The notes under the pieces are model-generated. The model saw only the letters and a program-made list of their open reading frames with translations, searched no databases and was not told the origin of the DNA. This document shows positions 60,405-64,000 of a stretch of DNA of 64,000 bases, piece by piece; position 1 is the first letter of the stretch, and the number at the start of each line of letters is the position of its first letter. The stretch is from an uncultured Chloroflexia bacterium. Lineage in GTDB: Bacteria > Chloroflexota > Limnocylindria > Limnocylindrales > CSP1-4. Both the position numbers and the translations under genes were made by a program. Location of the stretch: positions 384,001 through 448,000 of the forward strand of contig CAVRGP010000015.1 of assembly GCA_963720755.1 (NCBI GenBank), written 5' to 3'.

Positions 60405-60434
60405 GGAACCGGCCTTCGGGCCGGTTTCTCTTTC
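60405..60434 (+). terminator. Intrinsic terminator after tRNA-Pro
   Basis: AACCGGCC-TTCG-GGCCGGTT hairpin (cUUCGg loop) followed by a T-rich tract. Confidence 0.8.
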
Positions 60435-60448
60435 TCCAGTGGTAGCGC

Positions 60449-60703
60449 TCAGTCGTGTCGGCGGTATCGCCAGGCCGCCTGATCGGGTACTCCCATTGAT
60501 CGATAGATCCGGATCATCCAGGCGAAGCCGATTACGAACCCGGCCACCGGAGCTGGTCCCAGGAATGGTCCCCACCAACGCGAGACCGACTGGAACATGT
60601 AGCCCGGTGAAGCCACCAACGCAAACACCATGACCGCCGCAAGCATCGCGGCGATCTGCAGCTCCGCCTTCGCGATCGCGCGCCCCTTCTGCCCTCGCGT
60701 CAT
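60449..60703 (-). CDS. Small 2-TM hypothetical protein
   Basis: 84 aa with two hydrophobic segments, ends WRYRRHD. Confidence 0.55.
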   Translation of the reverse strand: MTRGQKGRAIAKAELQIAAMLAAVMVFALVASPGYMFQSVSRWWGPFLGPAPVAGFVIGFAWMIRIYRSMGVPDQAAWRYRRHD

Positions 60704-60832
60704 GGGCAGACGATGCGCCCCAGCATCAATCCAGTCGCGGCGACCGTCTCGCCGCCCGCTGCGGTCGATCCACTGCCTGACCGCGATTCGCCGTTGTTCT
60801 CGTCACCCATGCTCCCTATCCTCCGACCGGTC

Positions 60833-61121
60833 GTGACCGCGGCCCCCCAACCGCGACTCCGCCCCTGTCGCGAGCTCGATTCAGGCGCTGGCCGAACAGG
60901 TCTGTGCACCGCCAGCCTATAGCGGCTGTCTTGACCCGATCCTCGTGGAATTCCTCGCAGGTCAGGACCCCGGCAGCCTGGTGGCCGTCTGTGATTACGG
61001 CAACGATCAGGGGGATGTGGTGGTGATCGACTCGGGGAAGAAGGATGACGCCGAAGCCACGTGTTCCGCCGATGGCCTGTTCTCTCCAAGCAGTGTGGTC
61101 AGAACTGCCCGGATCCCTTAG
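60833..61121 (+). pseudogene. Possible frameshifted or truncated Cys-containing small gene
   Basis: Stop-free frame 60837-61121 reads protein-like but has no start near its 5' end; C6 run at 60843-60848 near GTG 60833. Confidence 0.3.
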
Positions 61122-61437
61122 CCAAACCGCCTCGTGCGACCAGTCGAGACCAGAGCGACGGGGGATTGCGTGGGGGAGTAGGCGGCGATCCACGCTGATG
61201 GACGAGGGGAGATCATCAACTGATCGGCGACGTACAGAGCTTTAGGTCGACCCGAGCCGCCGCAGGGTAGCGCGCAGGTAAACGCCTCCACCAAGTCTGA
61301 TGAGACCCGGGTCCGCGTCCCGGTCGACGATCCCGCATCCCTGCGGCCAGCCGAGCCCGAAGCGTCCGGTGAATGGCCGCCGCCGTTGGTACGTCCGGAT
61401 ACTTGGTCGAGCGCGATGCGGTCCGTAGCATCGAGAC

Positions 61438-61866
61438 ATGAAACGACTCACCCGACGGCGCAACGGTCAGGCCATGTCCGAATACGCTGTCACCCTCGCC
61501 CTGGTCGCCGTGCTCGCGATCGCCAGCCTGCTCACCATGGGCGGCATCGTCAACGGGTCGTTCGGCCGCGTCGCAGACGCGATCGGCGGGAGCATGGGCC
61601 TAAGCTCACAGGATCCGACCGCCACGCCGACCGCGACACCTGCGGCTACACCGACTGCGACGCCGACTGCCACACCCGCGGCTACACCGACTGCGACGCC
61701 GACCGCCACACCCACGACGACACCGAAGCCCACAGCAACACCGACCGCCACACCGAAGCCCACAGCAACACCGACCGCCACGCCGAAGCCCACGGCCACT
61801 CCGAGGCCTACGGCCACACCGAAGCCGACCAAGACCCCGAAGCCGACCAAGACCCCGAAGCCATGA
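61438..61866 (+). CDS. Flp/Tad pilin-like protein with Pro/Thr/Lys-rich C-terminal tail
   Basis: Basic leader RRRNG|QAMSEY, hydrophobic helix, F..V...I; TAGCAT 6 nt upstream. Confidence 0.8.
   Translation: MKRLTRRRNGQAMSEYAVTLALVAVLAIASLLTMGGIVNGSFGRVADAIGGSMGLSSQDPTATPTATPAATPTATPTATPAATPTATPTATPTTTPKPTATPTATPKPTATPTATPKPTATPRPTATPKPTKTPKPTKTPKP
61615..61863 (+). repeat. Coding tandem repeats (PTAT, PKPTATPTAT, PKPTKT)
   Basis: 30-nt unit ACACCGAAGCCCACAGCAACACCGACCGCC at 61720 and 61750; 18-nt CCGACCAAGACCCCGAAG twice near 61825. Confidence 0.9.
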
Positions 61867-62149
61867 AGAGGCCTCGGGGTGACCAAGTTCCCCGTAGCCA
61901 AGCAGCTCGCATACGCAGCTCGCTCCTAGCGAGCGCGTGTCATGCGGCCAGCTCGTCCGGGACGTCCGAGGTGATCGGTCTGTAGCCTCAGGGCGAGCGA
62001 ACCCGGATCTGATCCCCACAGACGGCCGGTTCGTACGGGAATCTTTCGTCGATCAGCCGGCGTAGGCCCCCTTCGAACCTGATCCGGTGTCGTGGCCACG
62101 ATCCGCACCGACCTGCACAATGGGGCCAACGGATACGCAGGGAGTGACG

Positions 62150-63523
62150 ATGATCCACGAGCACACCGACGACGACGACGCACTGACTCCGGCCTATTCA
62201 GGTCGCCTCAACCGAAGCCCGACACCGAAGCACAAGCTCCCCGAGCACGAGTCACCTCCCGCGGCCGTCTACCGGTTCATCCACGACGAACTGCTCCTTG
62301 ATGGGAGTTCCCGCCTGAACATGGCCACGTTCGTGACCACGTGGATGGAGCCCGAGGCCGACCGGCTGATGGCCGAGACTTTCGACAAGAACATGATCGA
62401 CAAGGACGAGTACCCACAGACGGCCGAGATCGAGCGACGCTGCGTGAACATCGTCGCCGACCTGTTCCATGTGCCGGGCAGTGGTGAAGCGATCGGTGTC
62501 TCGACGATCGGATCCAGCGAGGCGGTGATGCTTGCGGGCCTCGCCCTGAAGTGGAAGTGGCGCCAGCGTCGCCAGGCGGCGGGTCTGCCGACGGACAAGC
62601 CCAACATGGTGATGGGCTCGAATGTCCAGGTCGTCTGGGAGAAGTTCTGCCGGTACTGGGACGTCGAGCCGCGCTATGTCCCGATCGCGCATGACCGCTT
62701 TGTCGTGGCTCCCGACGACGTCATGACCCGGGTGGACGAGAACACGATCGGTGTGATCCCGATCCTCGGTACGACGTTCACAGGCGAGTTCGAACCGATC
62801 CGGGAGATCCACGACCGGGTCGTCGCGTATAACCTCGAGCACGATCTCGACATCCCCATCCATGTCGACGCCGCCAGCGGCGGGTTCGTGGCGCCCTTCC
62901 TGCACCCCGACCTCGAGTGGGATTTCCGACTCCCGCAGGTCAAGTCGATCAACGTGTCGGGCCACAAGTACGGGCTGACCTATCCGGGCCTCGGATTTGC
63001 CATCTGGCGCTCGAAGGACGACCTCCCGAACGAGCTGGTGTTCCACGTCAACTACCTGGGCGGCGACATGCCCACGTTCACCCTCAACTTCTCGCGACCG
63101 GGCAACCAGATCGTGGGCCAGTACTACAACTTCGTTCGTCTCGGCCGCGAGGGATACACGCGCATCATGGAGTCGCTGCGCGACATCACGCTGTTCCTGT
63201 CCGGCGAGATCGCCAAGATGGGGCCGTTCGAGGTCATCAGCGACGGCAGCGCGATGCCGGTGATGGCGTTTCGGATGAAGGGCGAGCAGCCGTATACGGT
63301 GTTCCACGTGTCGGACCAGCTGCGCACGGGTGGCTGGCAGGTGCCCGCGTATACGCTGCCGGCCGACGCCACGGACGTCGCCGTGTTGCGCGTGGTCGTC
63401 CGGGAAGGATTCAGTATGGACCTCGCCGAGGCGCTGGTGAGCGCGCTCCGGAAAGCCGTTGACCACCTGACGCGGTTCCCACCATCGCATCCGCCCGAGA
63501 CCGCGGCATTCGCCCACACCTGA
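62150..63523 (+). CDS. gadB: Glutamate decarboxylase
   Basis: LNMATFVTTWM, KNMIDKDEYP, STIGSSEA, HVDAASGG, SGHKYG; GGGAG before ATG 62150. Confidence 0.95.
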   Translation: MIHEHTDDDDALTPAYSGRLNRSPTPKHKLPEHESPPAAVYRFIHDELLLDGSSRLNMATFVTTWMEPEADRLMAETFDKNMIDKDEYPQTAEIERRCVNIVADLFHVPGSGEAIGVSTIGSSEAVMLAGLALKWKWRQRRQAAGLPTDKPNMVMGSNVQVVWEKFCRYWDVEPRYVPIAHDRFVVAPDDVMTRVDENTIGVIPILGTTFTGEFEPIREIHDRVVAYNLEHDLDIPIHVDAASGGFVAPFLHPDLEWDFRLPQVKSINVSGHKYGLTYPGLGFAIWRSKDDLPNELVFHVNYLGGDMPTFTLNFSRPGNQIVGQYYNFVRLGREGYTRIMESLRDITLFLSGEIAKMGPFEVISDGSAMPVMAFRMKGEQPYTVFHVSDQLRTGGWQVPAYTLPADATDVAVLRVVVREGFSMDLAEALVSALRKAVDHLTRFPPSHPPETAAFAHT

Positions 63524-63651
63524 TCGGGCGGCATCTCCATGGACCACACGGCTCAGACTCGAAGACCGGTGGATCCAGGAACATCCGAACGAGATGAATG
63601 CGGAATGAGAGCGAATGAAGCTCCTGGAGACGTGGCAACGAGTCGCCCGAC

Positions 63652-64000
63652 GTGACCACATCGAGGGCCGCGGCCCTTGCGATCACGTTGGCGATCCTGG
63701 CTGCAACGGCCGTCGCGTGTGGGTCCGGTTCCAGAGGATCCAGCCCATCGGTACCCAGCCCACATCCCGAGTCGACGTCGACGGCGACACCCTCGCCAAC
63801 CATGGCGGCGCCGGTCCCCGTGCACCTTTCCTTGCTCGTTTCCGAGCTGGTGATCGCGCCGGAGCACCTCGATGGGTACGACCGTGACCTGTTCCCGCTC
63901 TGGATCGACGCGAACGGCAACGGCTGCAACACGCGCTACGAGGTACTCATCGCCGAGGCAGTCATCGCGCCAACGATCTCCGGAAGCTGCAAGCTGACCG
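63652..64000 (+). CDS. Lipoprotein with secreted HNH nuclease (DUF1524-like) N-terminal part, 3' truncated
   Basis: Not in ORF track. Signal peptide with lipobox AVAC, Ser/Pro/Thr linker, GYDRDLFPLWIDANGNGCNTRYEVL. Confidence 0.72.
   Translation, partial: MTTSRAAALAITLAILAATAVACGSGSRGSSPSVPSPHPESTSTATPSPTMAAPVPVHLSLLVSELVIAPEHLDGYDRDLFPLWIDANGNGCNTRYEVLIAEAVIAPTISGSCKLT

Noticed and set aside
60816-61193. 125-aa minus-strand ORF and 142-aa-scale Val/Gly ORF 61467-61901
   Set aside because: First reads as the antisense of a more protein-like plus frame; second is the mirror of the pilin repeat
61615-61863. CRISPR-like array
   Set aside because: Repeats are in-frame, lack unique spacers, encode Pro/Thr peptide, and no cas genes are present

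Overview
High-GC (visually about 70%) bacterial chromosomal segment, almost entirely + strand and densely packed with housekeeping genes. Gene content and order suggest Chloroflexota, possibly Limnocylindria/Ellin6529-like (inference). Order: cpaE-like (5' truncated), comM, dprA, Ig/CAP surface protein, hypothetical, topA, xerC, murJ, femX (frameshifted), femX, murE, rel, hisS, TSUP (-), Hcy methyltransferase, yciI, aspS, eamA, MobA-like (-), typA, iscS, mnmA, 2 small membrane ORFs, DUF1304 (-), alaS, ftsA-like, baseplate-J-like membrane protein, ruvX, mltG, pepQ, efp, xseA, small TM ORF, xseB, dxs, tlyA, nadK, recN, xerD, bPH2-SHOCT, S2P, HD, scpA, scpB, rluB, amidohydrolase, acetoacetate-CoA ligase, cmk, plsC, ispH, der, gpsA, tRNA-Pro(GGG), then an accessory tail (Flp pilin with Pro/Thr tail, gadB, HNH lipoprotein, 3' truncated). 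No CRISPR, rRNA, IS or prophage was seen. The best candidate for an undescribed system is an orphan FtsA-like actin ATPase paired with a single-pass membrane protein carrying phage baseplate-J-like extracellular domains, tightly coupled between alaS and ruvX-mltG. Other signals: pervasive leaderless-type promoters, short bridging ORFs overlapping start codons, 11-bp phased repeats at the comM-dprA promoter, a mucin-tailed Flp pilin, and local frameshifts. All calls come from motif recognition only; no database searches were run.
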